From Patescibacteria group bacterium (GTDB lineage: Bacteria > Patescibacteriota > UBA1384 > XYA2-FULL-43-10), in assembly GCA_041674405.1 (NCBI GenBank), contig JBAYVT010000004.1, forward strand, positions 60,001 through 92,000: a DNA stretch of 32,000 nt. The letters run 5' to 3'. The position numbers and the translations under genes were made by a program. A model generated the notes under the pieces. It ran no database searches, was not told the origin of the DNA, and worked only from the letters and a program-made list of their open reading frames with translations. This document shows, piece by piece, positions 18,000 to 24,868 of the stretch. Numbering within the stretch: position 1 is the first letter of the stretch; each line of letters begins with the position of its first letter.

Positions 18000-18821
18000 T
18001 TATCTCACAAAATAAACTATAACGACAACCAGCGCCACGATAACCCTATACCAAGTAAATATGGCGTAATTTCCCTTTTGCAAATATTGTAACAGATATT
18101 TTATTGCAATAAAACCAAATATTGCTGAAGTTAAAATTCCGACAAAAAATCCGGCATCCAACATCCCGGCATCAATGTGGCGAAATTTAAATAGCGAGGT
18201 TCCTAGCATGATTGGGGCGGCCAGAAGGAATGAAAATCTGGCGCTATCTGGCCTGGTCAAGCCTATTGCCCTTCCTGCGGCCATCGTTGATCCGGCTCGT
18301 GATACTCCGGGTACAATCGCCAACATTTGGGCCAAACCAACTAGTAATCCGAGCTTATAGTTTACAGCTTTTAGCTGATAGCTTCTTTTTGCATATCGAT
18401 CAATCATCCAAATAATAATACCAAAGACGGCTAGATTGATAGCAACAAGAAGCGGATTACGAAAAATCGTTTCGGCATTTTTTTCCAAAAGCACTCCGGC
18501 AATAGATCCCGGAATTGTGGCAACAATGATGATCCAAAGAAGATTCTTTGGATAGCTGCTAGCTGTTAGCTGTAAGCTGTCAGCTTTTTCCGACCCGCTC
18601 TTACTTGAGAATGCCGATCGGAAAATATTCACCCAGTCTTTCCAAAAAAAGGCGATGATAGCGAGGAGTGTGCCGAAATGCAGCGCGACGTCAAATGTTA
18701 ATCCGAAATCTTGCCAGTGAAAAAGCCATGGCGTAAGAACAAGGTGCGCGGACGAGGAAATCGGTAAAAACTCGGTGATTCCTTGAATAATTCCAAGGAT
18801 TGCAGGCTGAATTATGCTCAT
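18000..18821 (-). CDS. uppP: Undecaprenyl-diphosphatase (BacA/UppP)
   Basis: MSIIQPAILGIIQGITEFLPISSSAHL is the canonical UppP N-terminus; PGVSRAGSTMAAG is also present. Start moved to ATG 18821, which forms an ATGA overlap with the PAP2 stop. GGAGGA lies 6 nt upstream. Confidence 0.95.
   Translation of the reverse strand: MSIIQPAILGIIQGITEFLPISSSAHLVLTPWLFHWQDFGLTFDVALHFGTLLAIIAFFWKDWVNIFRSAFSSKSGSEKADSLQLTASSYPKNLLWIIIVATIPGSIAGVLLEKNAETIFRNPLLVAINLAVFGIIIWMIDRYAKRSYQLKAVNYKLGLLVGLAQMLAIVPGVSRAGSTMAAGRAIGLTRPDSARFSFLLAAPIMLGTSLFKFRHIDAGMLDAGFFVGILTSAIFGFIAIKYLLQYLQKGNYAIFTWYRVIVALVVVIVYFVR
18554..18588 (-). repeat. Five tandem 7-nt units AGCTGNN (+ strand) in frame inside uppP
   Basis: agctgct agctgtt agctgta agctgtc agctttt. 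Encodes ADSLQLTASSYP in a loop of UppP. Confidence 0.9.
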
Positions 18822-19384
18822 GAAACGTCCTCCAGTTTCCAATATTTTTGAGATTTATGCACAAAAAGAAATGAAAAAATGCCCGATGCTATTCCGAGAA
18901 GTGCTCCCCCTATAACATCGGAGGGATAATGTAGCCCTACGCCAATTCGGGAAATTGCAACCAAAATTGCAACGGCAAATAAAAATACTCCCAGTTTCTT
19001 GTGTCCATACAAAAATATTGCCGTTGCAATTGCAAAGGCAATATAGGTGTGAGAAGACGAAAAAGATGAGGTATGAATGCTAATATTTACATTTTCAGGG
19101 AAAACAAGCTCGGGATGAGAGATAAACGGACGGGGACGGCTCCAGAATATTGAAATAATAATGTCCGTAATCAAGGCCACCCCTGTTGCTAGAGCGGCGC
19201 CTATCAGAGCATTGATCCTTCTTTGCCAGATTAAATATATTGTTGAGAGGACCGAGATTATTACCCCGTAAGCAGCAAAAAAATAGAACAAAAGGCCAAG
19301 TGCGGGGTAGTTCAAATTTGCCCTATGGAAATAAAGGTATAACGTAAAATCGTAATGTCTGATTGCATCAAATAAATTCTGCAT
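18818..19384 (-). CDS. PAP2-family phosphatase (phosphatidic acid / undecaprenyl-PP phosphatase type)
   Basis: PAP2 motifs SFSSSHT and GLHYPSDVIGGALLG, with multiple TM segments. The track start is ATG 19393. The second ATG at 19384 lies exactly 7 nt downstream of an extended -10 and is preferred as a leaderless start. Confidence 0.85.
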   Translation of the reverse strand: MQNLFDAIRHYDFTLYLYFHRANLNYPALGLLFYFFAAYGVIISVLSTIYLIWQRRINALIGAALATGVALITDIIISIFWSRPRPFISHPELVFPENVNISIHTSSFSSSHTYIAFAIATAIFLYGHKKLGVFLFAVAILVAISRIGVGLHYPSDVIGGALLGIASGIFSFLFVHKSQKYWKLEDVS

Positions 19385-19391
19385 TAAATTC

Positions 19392-19402
19392 ATTCTAGCA
19401 CA
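19392..19402 (-). promoter_or_regulatory. Extended -10 promoter TGTGCTAGAAT driving PAP2/uppP and probably the downstream T4SS-like train
   Basis: Reverse complement of 19392-19402. The identical 11-mer occurs upstream of tsaD (24932-24942). There is a 7-nt gap to ATG 19384. Confidence 0.5.
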
Positions 19403-19404
19403 GA

Positions 19405-19413
19405 TGGTATAAT
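19405..19413 (+). promoter_or_regulatory. Extended -10 promoter TGGTATAAT for the xerC-like gene (leaderless)
   Basis: TGGTATAAT at 19405-19413, with a 7-nt gap to ATG 19421. It sits back to back with the minus-strand promoter, 2 nt away. Confidence 0.55.
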
Positions 19414-19420
19414 GGTGGCT

Positions 19421-20482
19421 ATGAAAGACCTTTTTAGGTTGAAGCGAGAATTTTTAGAATACTGCGAGATTGAAAAGGGCCAATCTCTTTTGACGATTGA
19501 AAATTATGACAGATACCTGTCTCGTTTTTTAACTTGGCTAAAAACCGAGAAAACTCAAAACTCAATCCGCCAACCGGCGGGCAAAAGCCAAAACAAAGGG
19601 AGTGCACTACAGACTACAGACTACAGACTACGGACTTCTGATATTGACCAGGAGATTATTCGCAAATATCGTCTATACATCAATCGTTTGCAGGGGGCGG
19701 ATGGCAGAGAACTTAAGGCAACGACACAGAATCACCATATTTTGGCCTTGAGGGCATTTTTGCGCTACCTTTCCTTTTCCGGTGAGAAGGTAATTTCGCC
19801 GGAAAAATTGACATTGGCCAAAACCGGAGATCGGGAAGTGAGTTTTCTGAACAAGGAGGAATATCTGCGCCTGCTTGATGCCCCGAATACCGCGAATTTG
19901 AATGGCCTACGTGATAAATCAATGCTTGAGCTTTTGTTTTCGACCGGTTTGCGCGTTTCTGAGCTTTGCGGCCTCAAGCTGGGGCAGATGAATTTTGACA
20001 AAGGAGAAATTGCTGTTCTGGGAAAAGGGAAAAAACTGAGAGTAGTATTCTTGTCAGATGTTACGCTCAAATATTTGGCCGACTATCTTGTAAACCGCAA
20101 AGTTTTGAAAATTATCGCTGACGACAGCTCAAGTCAATTGCAATATTTTATTTCAGAAACTTATAAAGATGATCCAGTTTTTCTTTCAAATCGCAAGAAT
20201 CCAATCAAACCCAGAGCAGTGGAGCGCCTGGTACAGAAATATGCCAAAGTTGCCGGAATTACTAAAACAGTCACGCCCCACACTCTTCGCCACACTTTCG
20301 CAACTGACTTGCTCGGTGCTGGTGCTGACATTCGTAGCGTTCAATCGCTTTTAGGGCATTCTAATATTTCCACGACTCAAGTCTATACTCACGTCACCGA
20401 CAAACACCTGAGGGAGATACACCAGAAATTCCACGATCGATCTCGTATAGAAGTAGATGAGGAACAAAAAAATTCGGGTTAA
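19421..20482 (+). CDS. xerC: Tyrosine recombinase, XerC/XerD-like
   Basis: C-terminal catalytic signature HTLRHTFATDLLGAGADIRSVQSLLGHSNISTTQVYTHV. The N-terminal SAM-like domain is interrupted by a ~30-aa low-complexity insertion. The track start at 19412 overlaps the -10 element, so ATG 19421 is preferred. Confidence 0.9.
   Translation: MKDLFRLKREFLEYCEIEKGQSLLTIENYDRYLSRFLTWLKTEKTQNSIRQPAGKSQNKGSALQTTDYRLRTSDIDQEIIRKYRLYINRLQGADGRELKATTQNHHILALRAFLRYLSFSGEKVISPEKLTLAKTGDREVSFLNKEEYLRLLDAPNTANLNGLRDKSMLELLFSTGLRVSELCGLKLGQMNFDKGEIAVLGKGKKLRVVFLSDVTLKYLADYLVNRKVLKIIADDSSSQLQYFISETYKDDPVFLSNRKNPIKPRAVERLVQKYAKVAGITKTVTPHTLRHTFATDLLGAGADIRSVQSLLGHSNISTTQVYTHVTDKHLREIHQKFHDRSRIEVDEEQKNSG
19550..19563 (+). 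repeat. Two tandem 7-nt units AAAACTC in frame inside xerC
   Basis: aaaactc aaaactc. Related AAAACTC/AAYCTCA words occur in tsaD (25175-25195) and valS (28191-28225). Confidence 0.8.
19606..19633 (+). repeat. Four tandem 7-nt units ACTACAG x3 + ACTACGG in frame inside xerC
   Basis: Indexed base by base. Encodes LQTTDYRLR. Confidence 0.95.
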
Positions 20483-20494
20483 ACCGAATTTTTT
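20467..20494. terminator. A/T-flanked hairpin (aaaaaaattcgg-gttaaa-ccgaatttttt) at the xerC stop; weak bidirectional terminator
   Basis: The stop TAA (20480-20482) sits in the loop. An A-run lies upstream and a T-run downstream. The stem has only 3 GC pairs. Confidence 0.45.
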
Positions 20495-20509
20495 AATATC
20501 CAATATTGA

Positions 20510-20680
20510 TTAATTGTTATCTGGTATATCATTCCACATATCGAATACTTCTACCTGGCAAATCGCCACCTCTTTGGGGCAGTTGGCGATTTCTGTTTTG
20601 ATCTGCTCGATACGATGAAAATTCGAATTCACAGGAATTTTTGTTTTTGTATCTTCAATTTTATTTACTTTGAGTTTCAT
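20510..20680 (-). CDS. Small hypothetical protein (56 aa), below the ORF-track cutoff
   Basis: ATG 20680 to TAA 20510, translating to MKLKVNKIEDTKTKIPVNSNFHRIEQIKTEIANCPKEVAICQVEVFDMWNDIPDNN. GAAGG lies 11 nt upstream. It is convergent with xerC onto the bidirectional hairpin. Confidence 0.35.
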   Translation of the reverse strand: MKLKVNKIEDTKTKIPVNSNFHRIEQIKTEIANCPKEVAICQVEVFDMWNDIPDNN

Positions 20681-20702
20681 TTTTGTTTTGCCTTCGGCAA
20701 TT

Positions 20703-20779
20703 ACTTATGAACATAAGAACTTATGAACGGAAGAACAATTTTATGTTTCGGTTCTTCAGTCCTTCGGTTCTTCAGTTTC
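20703..20779. repeat. Intergenic tandem repeats: 2 x 16 nt (acttatgaacRKaaga) and 2 x 16 nt (tcggttcttcagtYYY)
   Basis: 20703-20718/20719-20734 and 20748-20763/20764-20779. They contain GGAAGAAC and its complement GGTTCTTC, the same 8-mer word as the valS insertion at 28956-28987. Confidence 0.9.
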
Positions 20780-20799
20780 CGAAGGGATTAGATCATTAT

Positions 20800-20839
20800 A
20801 ACAAAAACGACACCCCGTGTCAACCAGTGACACGGGGTA
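20800..20839 (-). terminator. Intrinsic terminator of GC-island A gene
   Basis: Minus strand reads accccgtgtca-ctggt-tgacacggggtg followed by TCGTTTTTGTT. The stem is 11-12 bp and GC-rich, 56 nt after stop 20895. Confidence 0.7.
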
Positions 20840-20894
20840 CAGCTCTCGTCTATTCCGTTGTGGCCCAGTCTTGAGCTTGGCGGTTGGTTGGGGG

Positions 20895-21389
20895 TTATCC
20901 GGCACCCCCGTTCCAGTGTTTACCCAGCTCCGGAGGCTCCTCCGGCTGGATGTGCGGCTGTCCGGCGGGCGTCGGCGGATCAGCTCGTCTTGTTCGTTTG
21001 CGACAAGCAAGGACAACGATCGCCAGCCCAGCCAGAATAGCCAAGGTAACTCTGTAGTTCCCTGCCAGGCCCAGAGTGATCACCAGGGCCCCGATACACC
21101 ACAGCATTGCCTTAGCCGACATCTCCCTGCTCTGTTCCCTGCTATTGTCGATACCACGGCTACTGCCCATGGTCGCTCCTTTCCTCAATTTCGGAATTCG
21201 CTTCAGAAGTTGCGAGAGTGCCAGTGGCCAATTTGTCCGAAGGACAACAAATATGGCTGCTGCGCAGGCAAGGGCAAAAACGATCATTGCGAAGTAGGCA
21301 AGAATCCCGATCGAGTTGAGTGTCCCGATCGTGAATATTGCTGTGAACGTTCCGACAAGCAACCCACTCGACGATTTTTGTGGCAACAA
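20895..21389 (-). CDS. GC-rich small integral membrane protein (4 predicted TM), unknown function
   Basis: TTG 21389 lies 7 nt after AGGAGG. TM segments GLLVGTFTAIFTIGTL, IGILAYFAMIVFALACAAAIFVV, MLWCIGALVITLGLAG and TLAILAGLAIVVLA. It has its own terminator. The opposing 212-aa + ORF is Arg/Ser/Cys-rich junk. Confidence 0.7.
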   Translation of the reverse strand: MLPQKSSSGLLVGTFTAIFTIGTLNSIGILAYFAMIVFALACAAAIFVVLRTNWPLALSQLLKRIPKLRKGATMGSSRGIDNSREQSREMSAKAMLWCIGALVITLGLAGNYRVTLAILAGLAIVVLACRKRTRRADPPTPAGQPHIQPEEPPELGKHWNGGAG

Positions 21390-21478
21390 TTTCGACCTCC
21401 TGAGGGACGGGCTTGTTTGTTCGCAGAAACAAAAAACACAACGAGCAACAACTAGAAATCCAGGGTGTTACCGCTGTG

Positions 21479-22807
21479 TCACCTGTCTTCTCCAAACAAA
21501 CGGATAAGTTCCTCACGTACGACCTTGCGGTCGGAGTAGGGAACGAACTCATGTAAGCCGACTGCCATCACTTCTTCTGCTCCTTTTCCAGTAACGACAA
21601 CAACATCATTTTTTTTTGCTTCCTTTATCGCTTTGTGAATAGCTTGTTTTCGATCGAGGACTTTCCAATAATTTCGATTCAACCGCCACTGATGTTTCTT
21701 GCCGCCGCGGAAAATACCCTCTGAAACCTGCTCGATAATATCGGCAGGATTCTCGTCATACGGATCTTCGTCGGTAAAAATCACCAGATCAGCATAGTGT
21801 CCGGCAAGCGCGCCCATGATCGGGCGCTTAGTCTTGTCTCTATGGCCGGTGGCACCAAGCACGGCGATCAATCGCCCACCAGTTTTTTGTATGCTATCAG
21901 TCACTGTTTCATAAACATTTTTCAGGGAATCGGCGTTGTGGGCATAGTCCACGATTACGGTAAAGTCTTGTTTTTTACTTACTTTAATCGATTCCATTCT
22001 CCCGGTAACTCCGGACATATTCTCAAGTCCCATCCTAGTCTTTTCTGTATCGAGTCCCAAGGCAAGACCGACAGAAAATGCGGCTAAAGCATTTAGAACG
22101 TTAAAAATTCCTGGCATTTTCAAGTTGATTGTGGACTGGCCATTGTCGTATGCGGCAGTGAAAGTAACGCTCTCGGGAGAGGTCAATATTTTTCTTGCAA
22201 CCGCTCCGTGATCAACCTGCTTCTTAACTGAGTACAAAAATTTTTCGGAGGCTGGGAGAGAGTAGAATTTATTCCATTCTGCGTCATCACTATTGATAAT
22301 AAATTTTGCTTTTGGGTGATCGCGGAAAAGTTTAAGTTTGGCGTTCAGATAGTTCTCTTTGGTTTTGTGATACTCCATGTGCTCGTGCGAAAGGTTGGTG
22401 TAAACCAACACATCGAAATCGATTCCATAAATCCTGTTTTGGTCGATCGCTTGTGAAGTCACCTCTAAAATTGCATATTCACACTTATTGGCCACCGCTC
22501 TTTTCAAAAATCTTTGAATCACATCGGAGGGAGGAGTTGTTACCCATCGATCTTTGGTTTTGTGCGCGGTTATTTCGTCGTTTATTTTCGTATTGATGGT
22601 TGTTTCCATCGCGTTTTTGATGCCATTGGCATCGAGAACAGAAGCGATCATATTACAAACGGTGGTTTTCCCTTTGGTACCGGTAACGCCGATTACTTTG
22701 AGTTTTTTCGCCGGGTGGCCATATTTAAAACCGGCCCATGAAGCCTCAGCTCTGTGGAGCTTGTTTTTCGTTTTCTGCGATAAAATTTTAGATATTAGTC
22801 GTTTCAT
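21479..22807 (-). CDS. murE: MurE-like Mur ligase (UDP-MurNAc-L-Ala-D-Glu: diamino acid ligase), N-terminal domain truncated
   Basis: P-loop VIGVTGTKGKTT. NLSHEHMEYH, VIVDYAHNADSL and GATGHRDKTKRPIMG fit MurE. The mDAP-specifying DNPR position reads DEDPY (no Arg). Only ~40 aa precede the P-loop. Confidence 0.8.
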   Translation of the reverse strand: MKRLISKILSQKTKNKLHRAEASWAGFKYGHPAKKLKVIGVTGTKGKTTVCNMIASVLDANGIKNAMETTINTKINDEITAHKTKDRWVTTPPSDVIQRFLKRAVANKCEYAILEVTSQAIDQNRIYGIDFDVLVYTNLSHEHMEYHKTKENYLNAKLKLFRDHPKAKFIINSDDAEWNKFYSLPASEKFLYSVKKQVDHGAVARKILTSPESVTFTAAYDNGQSTINLKMPGIFNVLNALAAFSVGLALGLDTEKTRMGLENMSGVTGRMESIKVSKKQDFTVIVDYAHNADSLKNVYETVTDSIQKTGGRLIAVLGATGHRDKTKRPIMGALAGHYADLVIFTDEDPYDENPADIIEQVSEGIFRGGKKHQWRLNRNYWKVLDRKQAIHKAIKEAKKNDVVVVTGKGAEEVMAVGLHEFVPYSDRKVVREELIRLFGEDR

Positions 22808-22810
22808 ATT

Positions 22811-22882
22811 TTATTGCTAAATTGCTGTATTGCTAAATTGCTTACACAACAATTTGACAATTTAACCATTTAACAATTTATC
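22811..22882. repeat. Nine consecutive 8-nt units filling the murE/FemAB-gene spacer
   Basis: ttattgct aaattgct gtattgct aaattgct tacacaac aatttgac aatttaac catttaac aatttatc. The array overlaps the FemAB-gene stop (22878-22880). CAATTTAAC recurs in tsaD at 25691 and 25707. Confidence 0.95.
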
Positions 22883-23792
22883 TTCGGATTTTTTCCGCAA
22901 TTTTAAATAATTGGTATTCGAATGGTTTATAAACCTTGTCGTAACTGCCCATAATTTTAACTTCATCTCCACCGAACTGCTTTTTGAATCTGGTAACTCC
23001 TGCCCATAAGTGGCGCGGGTTGTCATCCGGCGCAATTCCGAAGAAGTCGTATATTTTGCAGCCGCGGCTTATGGCATTTTGAATCATTTCCCATTGTAAT
23101 TTGTATGGCGCCATTAGGTTCTTGAATTCGTCACTTGAGGCACCAAAAAGATAGATTGCTGAGCCCTGATAAATGCTGCAGATTGCCGCTGCTAAGACGA
23201 CTTCCTCACCTTCAATTTCGGCATAAGCTTCGAACAACTCACAATATCCCTTGGGTTCAAGAAAGTCAAGCAACTTCTGAAAATATTCCTCACCTCTAAA
23301 TGTAATTCCATGTCTCTTGCCTGTCTTCTCGTAGAGCTTGTAAAAATTACTGGCATCTCTTGTTTTTCTCACCAGAATATTATTTTTTTCGGCAACCTTG
23401 ATGTTATAGCGGCCTTTCTGTTTCATCTCACCAAGAAGGTCATCATTCGATTTGGAGAGGTCAAGAACTAGGGTGTGTTCCGGCTGCATCTCCTCGAAAG
23501 ATTTAATTAGTCCATAGTCTGTAGTCTGTAGTTCATAGTCTGTGGGGATATCGAATTCAATCCGGTAGAAAATTGCATTTTCCTCTTTTGCTATTTGAAA
23601 GGTTTGGTTCCAGTAGCTTTGGTTTTTGACATTTGAAATTTGATCTTGACTCGCCATCGGCGAGTATAACATCGACCTTCCCATTGGCAGGTCTTTTTTG
23701 AGCACCAAAATATCCTCGACGCGAAAGGATTTCGAATAGCCTGTAGCGAGTTTAAATTTCTCCCATTCGGGAGATTGAAATATAGAACTCAT
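22878..23792 (-). CDS. FemAB-family peptidoglycan interpeptide-bridge aminoacyltransferase
   Basis: N-terminus MSSIFQSPEWEKFKLATGY, and the overall FemX/FemAB-like pattern (YLFGASSDEFKNLMAPYKLQWEMI, GVTRFKKQFGG). Confidence 0.8.
   Translation of the reverse strand: MSSIFQSPEWEKFKLATGYSKSFRVEDILVLKKDLPMGRSMLYSPMASQDQISNVKNQSYWNQTFQIAKEENAIFYRIEFDIPTDYELQTTDYGLIKSFEEMQPEHTLVLDLSKSNDDLLGEMKQKGRYNIKVAEKNNILVRKTRDASNFYKLYEKTGKRHGITFRGEEYFQKLLDFLEPKGYCELFEAYAEIEGEEVVLAAAICSIYQGSAIYLFGASSDEFKNLMAPYKLQWEMIQNAISRGCKIYDFFGIAPDDNPRHLWAGVTRFKKQFGGDEVKIMGSYDKVYKPFEYQLFKIAEKIRR
23513..23547 (-). repeat. Five tandem 7-nt units (coding sense ACTATGA ACTACAG ACTACAG ACTATGG) in frame inside the FemAB-family gene
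   Basis: The + strand reads catagtc tgtagtc tgtagtt catagtc tgtgggg. Encodes YELQTTDYG. Confidence 0.95.
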
Positions 23793-23799
23793 TACCTAA

Positions 23800-23808
23800 A
23801 TATTATCA
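23800..23808 (-). promoter_or_regulatory. Extended -10 promoter TGATAATAT for the FemAB-family gene (leaderless)
   Basis: Reverse complement of 23800-23808, with a 7-nt gap (ttaggta) to ATG 23792. This is the same geometry as the xerC and PAP2 promoters. Confidence 0.5.
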
Positions 23809-23828
23809 CTCTTGCCTCTTGCTGCCAA

Positions 23829-23870
23829 TAAAAAAGAGGGCCTCCTGACCCGGTGGGACTGGGTCGGAGG
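23829..23870 (-). terminator. Intrinsic terminator at the left edge of GC-island B
   Basis: Minus strand reads cctccgaccc-agtcccacc-gggtcaggagg (one bulge) followed by CCCTCTTTTTTA. Confidence 0.65.
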
Positions 23871-23885
23871 CGGTGCGGGTTGCGG

Positions 23886-24110
23886 CTATCCTGAGAGAAT
23901 ATCGCATCCCCGGGGAGGCTCCTTGCGATGGCCATGGATTGCCTTCATTGCCGTCAGGCGGTAGCTCTGTCCATGTATCTTCGACATCGCTTCGTGGTGA
24001 CGGATGCGCCACATAACGCGCTCCGTCATACCTGGCTTGGGTAAATCGGAATGGGCTCCGACCACCAAACCAAGCGTACATCCCAATCTCTGATTTGCTG
24101 TCTTTATCAT
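23886..24110 (-). CDS. GC-rich small ORF (74 aa), reading frame uncertain
   Basis: ATG 24110 lies 8 nt after GGAGGAG, and stop 23886 lies 16 nt before the terminator stem. Hand-counted third-position G+C is 43/74. The competing 112-aa frame (23806-24144) runs through the terminator and has lower GC3 (about 42/88). The protein (MIKTANQRLGCTLGLVVGAHSD...) matches nothing I recognise. Confidence 0.3.
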   Translation of the reverse strand: MIKTANQRLGCTLGLVVGAHSDLPKPGMTERVMWRIRHHEAMSKIHGQSYRLTAMKAIHGHRKEPPRGCDILSG

Positions 24111-24195
24111 GTCCACCACTCCTCCAGAAGTTCTGTGATTCCAAGCTAGTGTAAAATTACTATAATGTCAAGCTCTGCATTAGATAATTTGGCAT

Positions 24196-24233
24196 ATAAA
24201 AAATTAAGCCCCCACCTAGCGTGTAGGTGGGGG
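24196..24233 (-). terminator. Intrinsic terminator inside GC-island B
   Basis: cccccacct-acacgct-aggtggggg (9-bp stem, 24209-24233) followed on the minus strand by CTTAATTTTTTATA. The stem overlaps the last codons and stop of the 62-aa ORF. Confidence 0.65.
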
Positions 24234-24404
24234 TGCGACTTGCGGGACCATCTCGATGCTGTTGCGCGGCACTTCGTGCCGTCTCAGTGTACCGCCATCG
24301 AGAGCGGCGCGGACGACAGCTTTGCCGCCTTTGTATTCGATGAGAGTACCACCAGTGTACTTGCCGTCTTTCTGCCTGATTCTCACGCGCGCGTTGATGG
24401 GCAT
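24216..24404 (-). CDS. GC-rich small protein (62 aa), possibly an SH3/KOW-like beta-barrel
   Basis: ATG 24404 is preceded by GAGGTGAAAGGC (the track start at 24413 is GTG). Sequence MPINARVRIRQKDGKYTGGTLIEYKGGKAVVRAALDGGTLRRHEV. It has its own terminator and an AT-rich upstream patch at 24430-24475. Confidence 0.5.
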   Translation of the reverse strand: MPINARVRIRQKDGKYTGGTLIEYKGGKAVVRAALDGGTLRRHEVPRNSIEMVPQVAPPPTR

Positions 24405-24496
24405 GCCTTTCACCTCGTGGCAGTATTTCAGTCCAACTCATTGTTAATATATCAAAAAAATATGCAGAGTAAACAGCAACACCGCAGGCGTGTTGC

Positions 24497-24868
24497 CTAC
24501 GGTGCGCGGTCGCTTCGAGGCGAAGTTGCCCAGTCTACACAGCCCAGGAGGCCTGCGTGGACGAGCGGGCGAATAGCCCCTGCCAACTTGGTCGTCGTCA
24601 TCGGGTCGCGTGGAATTCCATCCCAGGAAATGATGGTTCCGTTTCTGAAGTAGCGGGGCGTTTCCTTACCATCCCTGTTATAGGTGGTGACTTTGACGAT
24701 CCCGCATGGCTCCAGATTGTAACCGCCATTGCCTGTGATTCTGTCCACATCTGCCAACATGGTTGCGATTAGGCGTCGCTCTTTGGAAGACAGACAGCTC
24801 CTTCGCTTTAGCACCATGAGGTGCAAGGTGATAACCTCCTTCTTCGACAGAATTCCAATCCTCTGCAT
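24497..24868 (-). CDS. GC-rich hypothetical protein (123 aa)
   Basis: The ATG 24868 ORF spans the right part of island B. No recognised motifs and no clear SD. It is divergent from tsaD. Confidence 0.45.
   Translation of the reverse strand: MQRIGILSKKEVITLHLMVLKRRSCLSSKERRLIATMLADVDRITGNGGYNLEPCGIVKVTTYNRDGKETPRYFRNGTIISWDGIPRDPMTTTKLAGAIRPLVHAGLLGCVDWATSPRSDRAP

Noticed and set aside
19421-20482. The tyrosine recombinase as the integrase of an ICE carrying the T4SS-like genes
   Set aside because: Its catalytic region looks like housekeeping XerC/D. It is divergently transcribed from uppP/PAP2 core genes. The T4SS block has host-like composition, and no relaxase or att-like repeats are visible. 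This cannot be fully excluded without the flanking contig.
20817-21455. 212-aa plus-strand ORF in GC-island A
   Set aside because: High G+C suppresses stop codons on both strands. The product is Arg/Ser/Cys-rich with no hydrophobic core. The minus-strand ORF has AGGAGG, clear TM helices and a matching terminator.
23806-24144. 112-aa minus-strand ORF (TTG start) overlapping the 74-aa ORF
   Set aside because: It would have to be translated through the terminator hairpin and T-run, its stop overlaps the FemAB-gene promoter, and it has no SD and lower GC3. The aromatic-rich segment GMYAWFGGRSPFRF looks protein-like, though, so this frame is not fully excluded.
24165-24653. 162-aa plus-strand ORF across island B
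   Set aside because: It runs antisense across two separately terminated minus-strand genes and the AT-rich patch between them. No start context.
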